Below, in pieces: positions 23,401-32,000 of a stretch of 32,000 bases of DNA (position 1 is its first letter; every line of letters begins with the position of its first letter). The stretch spans positions 630,001 to 662,000 of the forward strand of contig NC_014909.2 in assembly GCF_000185985.2 (NCBI RefSeq). Direction: 5' to 3'. Under the pieces are notes generated by a model that was not told where the DNA came from, searched no databases, and saw only the letters and a program-made list of their open reading frames with translations. The DNA comes from Candidatus Saccharimonadota bacterium (lineage in GTDB: Bacteria; Pseudomonadota; Gammaproteobacteria; Enterobacterales; Enterobacteriaceae). Made by a program: the position numbers and the translations under genes.

Positions 23401-24072
23401 TTAATATTGTGGTAACATCGATCGAAATCTACATATAACATCATGATAATTTGTAGAATTAAAAATTGCAGACCCTATAATAAAAATATTAGCTCCAGAT
23501 TCACGAACTGCATTAAAATTCCCAAAATTAATACCTCCATCAACTGCTAAACTAATAGTATCATCAATAGCATTTATTAATTTTCTCGTCTGACGTATTT
23601 TATTTAAAGTTTCAGGTAAAAATACTTGCCCCCCAAATCCTGGATTCACTGACATCAATGTGATTACATCAACCTTATTAATCACGTATTTTAAACACTC
23701 AAGAGTTGTGCCAGGATTCAATACTAACCCCACACCACATCCATGTTTTCTAATTAACTGTATCGATCGGTCAATATTCTCTGTCGCTTCTGGATGAAAA
23801 CTAATACAATGTGCTCCAGCATCAACAAAATCTGATATCAATCCATCTATAGGTTTTATCATTAAATGTACATCAACAGGAACAGTAACACCATAATTCC
23901 GTAATGATTTTAACACCATAGGACCAATGCTTAAATTAGGAACATAATGATTATCCATCACATCAAAATGCAACATATCTGCTCCTGCAGATATGACACA
24001 CAACACCTCCTCCCCTAATTTCGCAAAATCTGCAGACAATATAGACGGAGCTATTAAAAACTTATTCATCAT
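23401..24072 (-). CDS. rpe: Ribulose-phosphate 3-epimerase.
   Basis: 223 aa versus 225 aa in E. coli Rpe. Shared blocks: LIAPSILSADFA.LGE, HFDVMDNHYVPNL.IGPMVLKSLRNYG, MSVNPGFGGQ.F, VDGG, GSAIF. There are tandem ATGs at 24072 and 24069. Confidence 0.96.
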   Translation of the reverse strand: MMNKFLIAPSILSADFAKLGEEVLCVISAGADMLHFDVMDNHYVPNLSIGPMVLKSLRNYGVTVPVDVHLMIKPIDGLISDFVDAGAHCISFHPEATENIDRSIQLIRKHGCGVGLVLNPGTTLECLKYVINKVDVITLMSVNPGFGGQVFLPETLNKIRQTRKLINAIDDTISLAVDGGINFGNFNAVRESGANIFIIGSAIFNSTNYHDVICRFRSMLPQY

Positions 24073-24349
24073 CTATTTTTGTTTATTAAAAATTATTCAT
24101 ACTCATTTTAAAGTGTATCACATTATATAACAACAAAGTTACACGATTTGCAATCAAATAATAATAATCGACATAACAACTATACCTATTACTTAATAGG
24201 ACAACTAAATATGTTGCACAAACACGTAACCACAATACATTTTATTTAACTACACCCATGCCATTATTTATTTACAATACATATTACACTACCCAATAAT
24301 TTCATTATAAATGAAAATCAAAATCTAAACATATAAAAACATTATTCAT

Positions 24350-25450
24350 CTATTTAATTAAATTATATTCAATAGAATTTAATATTACATTTTGATCAAT
24401 ATTCAAAAATACTCTTGCTCTACCTATCGATACAGGTAAAACTAAATTAATTTTTCCTAATCTTGATTTCTTATCTCGAGCCATATACCTAAGATAATCT
24501 TTCGACTGCATTTCTTGAGGACCATGAACAGGAAGATGAGCTCGCTCTAATAATAATTTAATTCGCATAGCATCTCGCGTACTCAAAAACTTTTGTAAAT
24601 GTAATGCAGCATTTACTGCCATTACAATTCCAACCGATATTGCCTCACCATGAGACCATCCAGTATAACTAAAATAAGACTCTATAGCATGACCATAAGT
24701 ATGACCAAGATTTAATAAACTTCTTTTCCCTATTTGAATTTCACGTTCATCTAACGATACTATAGATGCTTTTAATTTACAACAACGATAAACACAATAC
24801 ATCAAAGACTGAGGATGAAACTTTAACAAATCATCTAAATTATTCTCCAGCCAATTAAAAAAACTCGCATCAAAGGCAACAGCATACTTAATTACCTCTG
24901 CTAATCCAGCAGAAAATTCTTTCATACTCAAAGTAAATAAACAATCCAAATCAATAATTACTTCAACAGGCTGATAAAAAGCTCCAATCATATTTTTACC
25001 AAGAACATGATTAATACCAGTTTTTCCTCCAACAGACGCATCTACTTGAGCTAATAAAGTTGTTGGAACTTGAATCAAACGTATTCCCCGATGATATGTT
25101 GCTGCTGCAAATCCAGTTAAATCTCCAATAACACCTCCTCCTAATGCAATAAGTACTATATTTCGATCATAATTTTTATTTAATAATTTAGTAAAAATTT
25201 GATCTAATACAGACAAAGACTTACTTTGTTCTCCTACCGGCAAAACTAATCGGTCAGTGATCACACCAAATGAATTTAATGTATTACATATTCTCTTTAA
25301 ATAAAGAGGGGCAACTTGAATATCTGTAATCAGTACTGCTACATCTCCTTTTTTCAATTTCCAACGAAACTTAGTATCTTTTAATATACCATGGGCTATA
25401 TAAACAAAATAACTCCTTTCTTGTAATTCAATAAAAATTCTTTTCATCAT
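24350..25450 (-). CDS. aroB: 3-dehydroquinate synthase.
   Basis: Collinear with E. coli AroB (362 aa). Shared blocks: ALGGGV.GDLTGFAAA.Y.RG.R.IQVPTTLL.QVD.SVGGKT, GKNMIGAFYQP, GLAEVIKY, NLGHT.GHAIE, HGEA. Homology begins at M(M)KRIFIELQERSY (ATGs at 25450 and 25447). The longest ORF starts at TTG 25465. Confidence 0.95.
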   Translation of the reverse strand: MMKRIFIELQERSYFVYIAHGILKDTKFRWKLKKGDVAVLITDIQVAPLYLKRICNTLNSFGVITDRLVLPVGEQSKSLSVLDQIFTKLLNKNYDRNIVLIALGGGVIGDLTGFAAATYHRGIRLIQVPTTLLAQVDASVGGKTGINHVLGKNMIGAFYQPVEVIIDLDCLFTLSMKEFSAGLAEVIKYAVAFDASFFNWLENNLDDLLKFHPQSLMYCVYRCCKLKASIVSLDEREIQIGKRSLLNLGHTYGHAIESYFSYTGWSHGEAISVGIVMAVNAALHLQKFLSTRDAMRIKLLLERAHLPVHGPQEMQSKDYLRYMARDKKSRLGKINLVLPVSIGRARVFLNIDQNVILNSIEYNLIK

Positions 25451-25502
25451 AAATAAACTATTCAAAAATCACTAAATATACCAATTACATCACTTACACA
25501 CA

Positions 25503-26063
25503 CTACAAAATATTTTGTTTTTTACACAAAACAAGGATCTTATTTACTACAAATCTAACATTTTGTTCATCAGTTGATACAGTTATATTTGCAATCTCCT
25601 CGTACAATGGATTACGTGCTTTAGCTAATAACTCTAATGTCTCTCTAATACTGTCATCATTAGTAGAGAAACCATCATTCAACGATTGCAATAATAACGG
25701 TCGTCTTTTATCACGCTTAGTTCTTATTAATTGCTTATCAATAGTTGTTTTTAAATACACTACCAATCCTCTACTAGAAAGATTCTTTCTAGTTATACTA
25801 GATAACACTGAACCTCCACCTGTAGCTAACACAATTCCCGTTTTCTTTGTTAATTCATTAATAATCTTCTCTTCACGATCACGAAATCCAGATTCGCCTT
25901 CTACATCAAATACCCAACTAATATTTGCTCCTGTACGAATCTCAATTTCCTGATCAGAATCAAAAAATAATAAACTTAATTGTTTGGCTAATTGCCGACC
26001 TACAGTACTCTTTCCAGCACCCATAGGACCAATTAAAAAAATATTTCGTCTCTCTACTAACAT
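25503..26063 (-). CDS. aroK: Shikimate kinase I.
   Basis: 186 aa. Shared blocks: [33 protein letters not shown]...[39 protein letters not shown]. Slightly longer than E. coli AroK (173 aa), with an insertion near [16 protein letters not shown]. Confidence 0.95.
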   Translation of the reverse strand: MLVERRNIFLIGPMGAGKSTVGRQLAKQLSLLFFDSDQEIEIRTGANISWVFDVEGESGFRDREEKIINELTKKTGIVLATGGGSVLSSITRKNLSSRGLVVYLKTTIDKQLIRTKRDKRRPLLLQSLNDGFSTNDDSIRETLELLAKARNPLYEEIANITVSTDEQNVRFVVNKILVLCKKQNIL

Positions 26064-27012
26064 AGTATTCTTTATATATAAAACATTTTATACTAATATT
26101 TTTATTCTCAACATAACATATGCTAACGAATATTTATGAAATTCTCTCGTCTATCAAGAAATCACATTGATTATGACATACGATAAAAAATATGATATAT
26201 TTAAAAATAAATAAAAACCCACCACATTTATAACAACTTTCTTATATATATTCGCCACATTGTAATATAAATCTTCTATTAAGTACAATTACAAAACCTC
26301 ATTTTACACTTAGACTAAACCATCAATAATTCGAATTTGTATTTATAAGCTATCTAAGAATAAAATTATGTGTTTTTACTCTAATATTAGTAAATGCTAT
26401 TTAATCAATTATCACTCATTCTATATAACTTATTATGCACATATTTTATTAACGATTTATATTAAATTTTTTGAAAATAATACAAATGTAATTAAACAAC
26501 TTTAATTTCATCTTTAATCACATTTACTTATAATTATCTAAATTACTAACTACATAATATTAGAATGCATATCATAAAAATCAATCCATATCACACTAAT
26601 TTCAATATAATTATCTATCAAATATCATTTGACTTACTCATTTATCTTAAAGTGAATAAATAATTCATTTATCAAAATAACAATTTACTTGACTATGAAT
26701 TAATTGTTATATTTCTCAAATATCTCTACATCATTATTTAAATTCAAACAATATTTTTATTAAACTTAACAACTCATTTCTTATACTTATATATATTATA
26801 TGCAAATACACATTAATTATATTTACTTCATATATAAACATATAATGGTATATTTATTTTTTTAAATATCATAATTTTCAATTATGGATATTTATTTTGA
26901 TTTATAAATATGTATAATAACAATGTTCGTCAGTACAAACGCATATTTCTAAATATTTTATTTCTTCAAAAAAATATTATTGTGACGTATAAATTATTCA
27001 ATAAAATGAGAC

Positions 27013-27630
27013 ATGACACAAATGTTATATATTACTAAAGCGGCCCAACAATATCTTGCCGAACTTTTAAAAAAACAAAACACAAATACTCACATACGAC
27101 TTTCTGTAACAAACCCAGGAACATTACATGCTCAATGTAATCTCCATTATTATACCCCAAAACAAAACGATTCCTATAATTATTTGAAAATTCAATTTAA
27201 TCAATTTGCTATATACTTAGAAAAAATAATAGCACCTTTCATTCAAAACACCCAAATAGATATTATTACTGATGATTTAAGAACACAAATTACTATTCAA
27301 TCCCCTAATCTTACAAACTCTATCGATAATCCTTCTGACAATATAAATAAAAAAATAACAAATAATTCTTCATTAACAGATCGAATAAAATATGTAATAA
27401 CACAACAAATCAATCCACAATTAGCAATGCATGGTGGAAGTGTATCTTTAATTAAAGTCAATACGGATGGCATGGCAATTCTTCAATTTCATGGCGGTTG
27501 TAACGGATGTTCCATGGCCTTGTACACCATCAAAGAAGGCATCGAAAAAACCTTAAAAAAATTTTTTCCAGAATTAAAAGGGGTAATTGATTCCACTTCC
27601 CATCAAAGAGGGAAACATTCCTTTTATTAA
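27013..27630 (+). CDS. nfuA: Fe/S biogenesis protein NfuA.
   Basis: Collinear with E. coli NfuA (191 aa). The C-terminal Nfu domain is INPQLA.HGG.VSL.......G.AILQF.GGCNGCSM, followed by KEGIEK.L...FPELKGV.D.T.HQRG.HS.Y. The E. coli N-terminus MIRISDAAQ aligns with MLYITKAAQ, so the real start may be the second ATG at 27022. The inter-domain linker is longer than in E. coli. Confidence 0.9.
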   Translation: MTQMLYITKAAQQYLAELLKKQNTNTHIRLSVTNPGTLHAQCNLHYYTPKQNDSYNYLKIQFNQFAIYLEKIIAPFIQNTQIDIITDDLRTQITIQSPNLTNSIDNPSDNINKKITNNSSLTDRIKYVITQQINPQLAMHGGSVSLIKVNTDGMAILQFHGGCNGCSMALYTIKEGIEKTLKKFFPELKGVIDSTSHQRGKHSFY

Positions 27631-27702
27631 AAATTTATATATACAAATCCCATTATAAAAAATTTAACATTTCTTATATATGATTATAACTTAATATCCC
27701 GT

Positions 27703-27732
27703 AGAACTATAGTTCTCATCTTTTTAAAAAGA
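27703..27732 (+). terminator. Candidate terminator region between convergent nfuA and asd: two adjacent 14-bp perfect palindromes.
   Basis: AGAACTATAGTTCT (27703-27716) is followed by CA and then TCTTTTTAAAAAGA (27719-27732). On the + strand the first hairpin is followed by a U-rich run (CAUCUUUUU), which resembles an intrinsic terminator for nfuA. The stems are short and AT-rich. Confidence 0.3.
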
Positions 27733-27798
27733 AGAATCTAAATTAATTTTCAATTATTTATTTCAATAATAATTACAACACTAATAATACAACATAGA

Positions 27799-28914
27799 TC
27801 ATAATAATCGATTTAAAATCCTACGTATAGGTTCTGCAGCTCCCCAAAGTAATTGATCTCCTACAGTAAAAGCAGAAATAAATTCATCTCCTATATTCAT
27901 TTTACGTAACCGACCAATCGCAATCCTCAGAGTACCAGATACCGATAACGGAGTTAACTGACCTAACGATATATCAGCTTGATTCGAAACAACTTTAACC
28001 CAATTATTATGAGATTCGATTAAATTTTCTATTTCTGTTAAACATAAGTTCTTTTTTAATTTAATCATTAATGATTGACTATGACAACGCAATGAACATA
28101 CTCGAACACATAAACTATCTATAAGAATTAACTTCGATGTATTAAGAATCTTATTAGTCTCTAATTGACCTTTCCATTCTTCACGAGATTGCCCCTTATA
28201 TTCAACACATTCTTCTCCAATCCATGGAAGAACGTTTCCAATTAATGGTTTCTTAAAACAATCTGTCGAAATAGTATTCGTTTTACTAAATTCGGTAATC
28301 ACTCGTTCAATCTCTAAAATAGGTATATTTGAATCATCTAATAAGTCAGAAATTGTATTATATACCTGCCCTATTTGTACTAACAACTCTTTTATAGCTT
28401 TAGCTCCATAACCAGAAGCTGCTTGATAAGTAGATACAAAAATCCATTCAATCAAATTCTGATTAAACAAACCACCCAATGCCATTAACATTAAACTAAC
28501 AGTACAATTCCCTCCAACAAACGTTTTAACACCATTATTTATACCTCTTTCTATTACTAATTTATTAACAGGATCAAGCACAATTACAGCATCTTGATGC
28601 ATTCGTAAATAAGAAGCAGTATCAATCCAATATCCAGTCCACCCACTAGCTCTCAATCTTGGATATATAAATTTAGTGTATGTACTTCCTTGACATGTAA
28701 CAAGTATATCTAATGATTTTAAATATTCTATATCCCACGCATTTTGTAAAATTAAATTTTGATGATCTTGAATTACAACAGGCGCTTTCTCTCCTGCTTG
28801 AGATGTAGAAAAAAAAACTGCATTAAAATGATTAAAATCAGATTCTTCCTTCATACGATTCATTAAGACTGAACCTACCATACCTCGCCACCCAACAAAA
28901 CCAACTGTTTTCAT
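27799..28914 (-). CDS. asd: Aspartate-semialdehyde dehydrogenase.
   Basis: 371 aa versus 367 aa in E. coli Asd. Shared blocks: VGF.GWRGMVGSVLM.RM, FFSTSQ, VTCQG, GGNCTVSLMLM.LGGLF, STYQAASG.GA, QSREEWKGQ.ETNKILNTS, CVRV..LRCHSQ, SAFTVGDQLLWGAAEP.RR.L. Confidence 0.97.
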   Translation of the reverse strand: MKTVGFVGWRGMVGSVLMNRMKEESDFNHFNAVFFSTSQAGEKAPVVIQDHQNLILQNAWDIEYLKSLDILVTCQGSTYTKFIYPRLRASGWTGYWIDTASYLRMHQDAVIVLDPVNKLVIERGINNGVKTFVGGNCTVSLMLMALGGLFNQNLIEWIFVSTYQAASGYGAKAIKELLVQIGQVYNTISDLLDDSNIPILEIERVITEFSKTNTISTDCFKKPLIGNVLPWIGEECVEYKGQSREEWKGQLETNKILNTSKLILIDSLCVRVCSLRCHSQSLMIKLKKNLCLTEIENLIESHNNWVKVVSNQADISLGQLTPLSVSGTLRIAIGRLRKMNIGDEFISAFTVGDQLLWGAAEPIRRILNRLL

Positions 28915-29138
28915 TATAATTGTCTCTCAATCACATTATTAAATATTGTATAAACATAATTATGTCTATCATAGTAATTAAAACTAAATTTTATTCAAAA
29001 TAAAAGACATATCTATGATATATATACAATATCATCATTATTAAAATTTAATATAACTATATATTAATATAATTAATAATTTATTTTACATAACAAAAAA
29101 AGTACATAAAGTACAAAATAACTTTTAGGAAAATAATA

Positions 29139-29732
29139 ATGAATGACATGATATCGGCTACAATTCTATTATTTTTAATAATGGACCCCATAGGAAATTT
29201 ACCAATTTTTATGTCAATACTAAAAGATTTATCACCAAAAAGACGTCAAATTATAGTAATCAGAGAAATGTTAATTGCTTTGTTATTAATGTTAAGTTTT
29301 CTATTTGTTGGAGAACATATTTTAACCTTTCTTAATTTACATACAGAAACCGTTTCAATTTCTGGTGGAATTGTCTTATTTTTAATTGCCATAAAAATGA
29401 TTTTTCCTGAACAGGAAGGAAATAACTCTGGATTTTCTAGCGAAGAAGAACCTTTTTTAGTTCCACTTGCGATTCCATTAGTTGCTGGACCATCAGTTTT
29501 AGCAACATTGCTACTATTATCCCATCAATATCCCCATCATATAAATCTAATAATCATTGCGCTAATTATTGCCTGGGGGTTATCTATATTAATTCTCATG
29601 TTATCTAATTTGCTCTCAAATCTATTAGGTAATAAAGGAATAAACGCATTAGAACGATTGATGGGATTATTATTAATTATGATCTCTACTCAAATGTTGC
29701 TTGATGGAATACGTACCTATCTATATCCATAA
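29139..29732 (+). CDS. yhgN: MarC/UPF0056 family inner-membrane protein, YhgN-like.
   Basis: 197 aa, polytopic and hydrophobic. The N-terminus ISA..LL.LIMDP.GNLPIFMS.LK matches my recollection of E. coli YhgN (also 197 aa). It is adjacent and divergent to asd, as in E. coli. AGGAAA lies 6 nt upstream of the ATG. Confidence 0.8.
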   Translation: MNDMISATILLFLIMDPIGNLPIFMSILKDLSPKRRQIIVIREMLIALLLMLSFLFVGEHILTFLNLHTETVSISGGIVLFLIAIKMIFPEQEGNNSGFSSEEEPFLVPLAIPLVAGPSVLATLLLLSHQYPHHINLIIIALIIAWGLSILILMLSNLLSNLLGNKGINALERLMGLLLIMISTQMLLDGIRTYLYP

Positions 29733-29781
29733 AATTCCATACGCAATAACAATATTGCACAAAAATTCTTTAAATAAGTAT

Positions 29782-29833
29782 ACAATTAACCGTGCTTCTA
29801 AATAAAATAATATAATAAGAGCCGGTTAATTGT
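29782..29833. repeat. Long hairpin or inverted repeat: 11-bp arms ACAATTAACCG / CGGTTAATTGT around a 30-nt loop with extra inner pairing.
   Basis: Read directly: 29782-29792 is the reverse complement of 29823-29833. After a 1-nt bulge, GCT(T) at 29794-29797 can pair with (G)AGC at 29819-29822. Located ~50 nt downstream of the yhgN stop, in an unusually G+C-containing patch of the spacer. Confidence 0.6.
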
Positions 29834-30116
29834 TAATGACATCCTACCCCAAAATATACACAAAATAACCCTGTACCTTGCATCAATACAAACACACAAA
29901 CAAATCAATTATTGATTTTGATTCGAAATCAAACACCATTTGTATTAATTTTTTTCTATCGATATAATAATAATGTAAGGTGTATTTATCAATACATGAT
30001 AAAACAATAAAAATATAAACACATCTTACGTGTATCACAAAAATTTATATATTAATATATACTCAAATAATCATTTATTTATACTCAAACTCAATTTACA
30101 ATAATCACTACTATAT

Positions 30117-30923
30117 TTAACAAAAATACATATCTTTTAAATAATGAGGCACTGCTTCATCTGCATTGCTTCCAATGACTTCTAAAAGTGGTAAAGAATC
30201 TTTCAAACGTTTCTGAGCATTATACATTATACAACCTTTTCCAGTCATAGATAGCATCTCCTGATCATTCATTCCATCTCCAAACGATATACAATCCTTA
30301 AGACGATATCCTAACAAATTCACTACTTGTTCTAATGCAAATCCTTTAGATATACCTCCCGGCATTACTTCTAAACACGTCGGAAAAGAAAAACTAACAT
30401 TAACACGAGCCCCCCATCGCTCAGTTATTCTTTTTTCTAAAAAACATAACTCCTGACAATTTTCGCTAGTAAAATATATTTTACTAACATCACTACAAAA
30501 AAATACCTTTTTTTCATATATTTCATTATATGAAACAAAATTTCTAAAAATAGATGTATTATTATATGGATATCTACTCACCACCCACGTTCCATCATGC
30601 TTACAAACATTAGTAACTATTTTTAAATCATACTGGGTCATCTGTAATAAATCGTATATAATGTCTAAATCCAAATCATAAGAAGCAATTAACTTACTAT
30701 CAGAATTATGAATTCTTGATCCATTTGCAGTGATGATATAATCATGAATATCTAAATAATTACGTATTGCTGTAACATTAACATAGTGTCTTCCTGTAGC
30801 AAGAATAAAATGCACCCTAAAATTAGAAACTAACAACTTCAAAATTTTTCTAGTAAAATATGTTAATTGATTACTTGGAGTTAATAAAGTTCCATCTAAA
30901 TCAGATACAACAACACAAAACAT
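30117..30923 (-). CDS. yigL: Cof-type HAD-IIB phosphatase, YigL-like.
   Basis: HAD motifs: VVSDLDGTLL (motif I), ATGRH, and GDGMND.EML with GKGC.M near the C-terminus. Long collinear match to my recollection of E. coli YigL (RWG.RVNVSFS...CLEVM.GG.SKG.ALE, EVIG.NAD.AVPHYL). Homology begins at MFCVVVSDLDG (ATG at 30923, GGAGG ~10 nt upstream). The ATG at 30947 adds 8 unsupported codons. Confidence 0.8.
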   Translation of the reverse strand: MFCVVVSDLDGTLLTPSNQLTYFTRKILKLLVSNFRVHFILATGRHYVNVTAIRNYLDIHDYIITANGSRIHNSDSKLIASYDLDLDIIYDLLQMTQYDLKIVTNVCKHDGTWVVSRYPYNNTSIFRNFVSYNEIYEKKVFFCSDVSKIYFTSENCQELCFLEKRITERWGARVNVSFSFPTCLEVMPGGISKGFALEQVVNLLGYRLKDCISFGDGMNDQEMLSMTGKGCIMYNAQKRLKDSLPLLEVIGSNADEAVPHYLKDMYFC

Positions 30924-31093
30924 ACATTCCAAACCTCCATCTATCATTAATAATCTACATTAAAATATAACTCTCTTCTACATTAACATAAATTTAATAC
31001 AATACCGAAACAACAAATTATCTTCAATCTCTATGAATCAATTACATTCTCTAATATAAATCTAAAAAAATTATTTATCCTAAAACTGATATA

Positions 31094-32000
31094 TCACAAC
31101 CAATTTTTATACTTAAAATATAAATACGGCACTAATCCAGTTAAGATCATTAAAATTATTGCTATAGGATATCCGAATAACCACTTCAACTCCGGCATAA
31201 ACTCAAAATTCATCCCATAACTAGATGCTATTAAAGTAGGAGGCAAAAAAACAATTGAAAATATTTTTATTATACGATTCTGCTCTATATTAATTAATCC
31301 CATTACTGACTGTGTTAGAAAACTAACTTTTTGAAAAATAGATTCATTATATGACAATAATAAAATTATATCATTTAAAATTTCATTAGCGTATCGTTTT
31401 TGAGTCGTAGGTAATTTTGATTGACGTGCTAAAAACTTAATTGCTCTTTCAGTATCTAACAAATTTATTTGAATTTTCCAGCTCATACTTTCTAATTCAG
31501 CTAAATCAGATAATATACTATCATATTCATCAATTTGTTGACCTCCCATAACAACAAAACTTAATGTTTCTAAAGTAGAATAAATATTCTCTATTTTATC
31601 TGTTAAATCATCAATCTTTACCGAAAACAAACTTAATAATAACTCATATGCATTACCATCACCTAGCCAATGATCACTTAAAGATCGCTGATACGTACAA
31701 AATACTGGAAATCTTGATCCACGTAATGTGTATAAACGATCATTATGAATGATAAAAAATACAATTACATTACTTATTTGATTATGATCATCACATGAAA
31801 AAAAGAAAGAACTAATATATGTACCATCTTGATTACTACAAAAACGTTTACTTTCTATATCTTTTAATTTAAAAAAATTTACTTTATATTGTTCTAAAAT
31901 ATGTTGCACACAATAATTTTCATTATTATTCAACTTAATTATATCTACCCAAAGAATATCATTAATTGCATTAAACAAATCTTTTTCATCAATACGAAAT
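31094..32000 (-). CDS. corA: Magnesium/cobalt transport protein CorA, partial. The 5' end lies beyond the window.
   Basis: C-terminus as in E. coli CorA: IEQNRIIKIFS.V.....LPPTL.ASSYGMNFEFMPELKW.FGYP..II.MIL.GL.PYLYFK.KNWL (GMN motif). The frame stays open upstream of the track's TTG at 31978 (reads ...FRIDEKDLFNAINDILWVD, aligning to about residue 15-35 of E. coli CorA), so the gene continues past position 32000. Confidence 0.93.
   Translation of the reverse strand, partial: FRIDEKDLFNAINDILWVDIIKLNNNENYCVQHILEQYKVNFFKLKDIESKRFCSNQDGTYISSFFFSCDDHNQISNVIVFFIIHNDRLYTLRGSRFPVFCTYQRSLSDHWLGDGNAYELLLSLFSVKIDDLTDKIENIYSTLETLSFVVMGGQQIDEYDSILSDLAELESMSWKIQINLLDTERAIKFLARQSKLPTTQKRYANEILNDIILLLSYNESIFQKVSFLTQSVMGLINIEQNRIIKIFSIVFLPPTLIASSYGMNFEFMPELKWLFGYPIAIILMILTGLVPYLYFKYKNWL

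Noticed and set aside
26064-27012. Idea that the 949-bp AT-rich spacer is a replication origin.
   Set aside because: I saw no DnaA-box-like nonamers (TTATCCACA or its complement) and no 13-mer-type tandem repeats. The C>G bias of the + strand continues on both sides of it, so there is no skew switch. oriC-linked genes (mnmG, mioC, dnaA) are not nearby.
29910-29994. tRNA-like element on the minus strand: 7-nt ends TATTGAT / ATCAATA that could form an acceptor stem, plus a T-arm-like hairpin TTTGA-TTTCGAA-TCAAA. 85 nt in total.
   Set aside because: I could not form a D-arm or anticodon arm. Positions 8-9 are AA rather than U8. The T-loop register is off by one on this strand. On the + strand, where the loop reads TTCGAAA, no acceptor partner exists. 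At best it is a degraded relic, not a functional tRNA.

Overview
This window is a gene-dense, strongly AT-rich piece of a reduced gammaproteobacterial genome derived from the Enterobacterales, of the type seen in obligate insect endosymbionts. A Blochmannia-like organism is my guess, based on 16S helix insertions, but I cannot verify that here.

Contents:
- The 5' ~1.2 kb of a 16S rRNA gene on the minus strand, cut by the window edge.
- 23 recognisable housekeeping protein genes, 20 of them on the minus strand.

Gene order: rrs(-) <> purH(+), then a co-directional minus-strand run rpsL-rpsG-fusA-tuf-secE-nusG-rplK-rplA-rplJ-rplL-rpoB-rpoC (3700-20516). After that come pabA, trpS, rpe, aroB and aroK (all -), nfuA(+), asd(-), yhgN(+), yigL-like(-) and corA(-, 5' end outside the window).

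All proteins align along their length with my recollection of their E. coli orthologues. The order is E. coli-like synteny with many intervening genes deleted.

I see no transposases, IS ends, phage genes, CRISPR arrays, tRNAs or defence or secretion cassettes. I do not find a convincing novel multi-gene system.

The points worth a second look are small-scale:
- Helix insertions in the 16S gene.
- A single tuf gene joining the str operon to the secE...rpoC cluster.
- purH without purD.
- An 812-bp and a 949-bp gene-less spacer, both nearly free of G.
- A 24-codon hydrophobic sORF with a strong Shine-Dalgarno in the first spacer. It may be a novel small membrane peptide or a relic of the fkpA signal peptide.
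- A perfect 33-bp palindrome.
- A9/T9 homopolymer tracts inside essential genes.
- Several start codons where the longest ORF over-extends the real gene.

All homology statements come from memory of E. coli proteins, not from a search.
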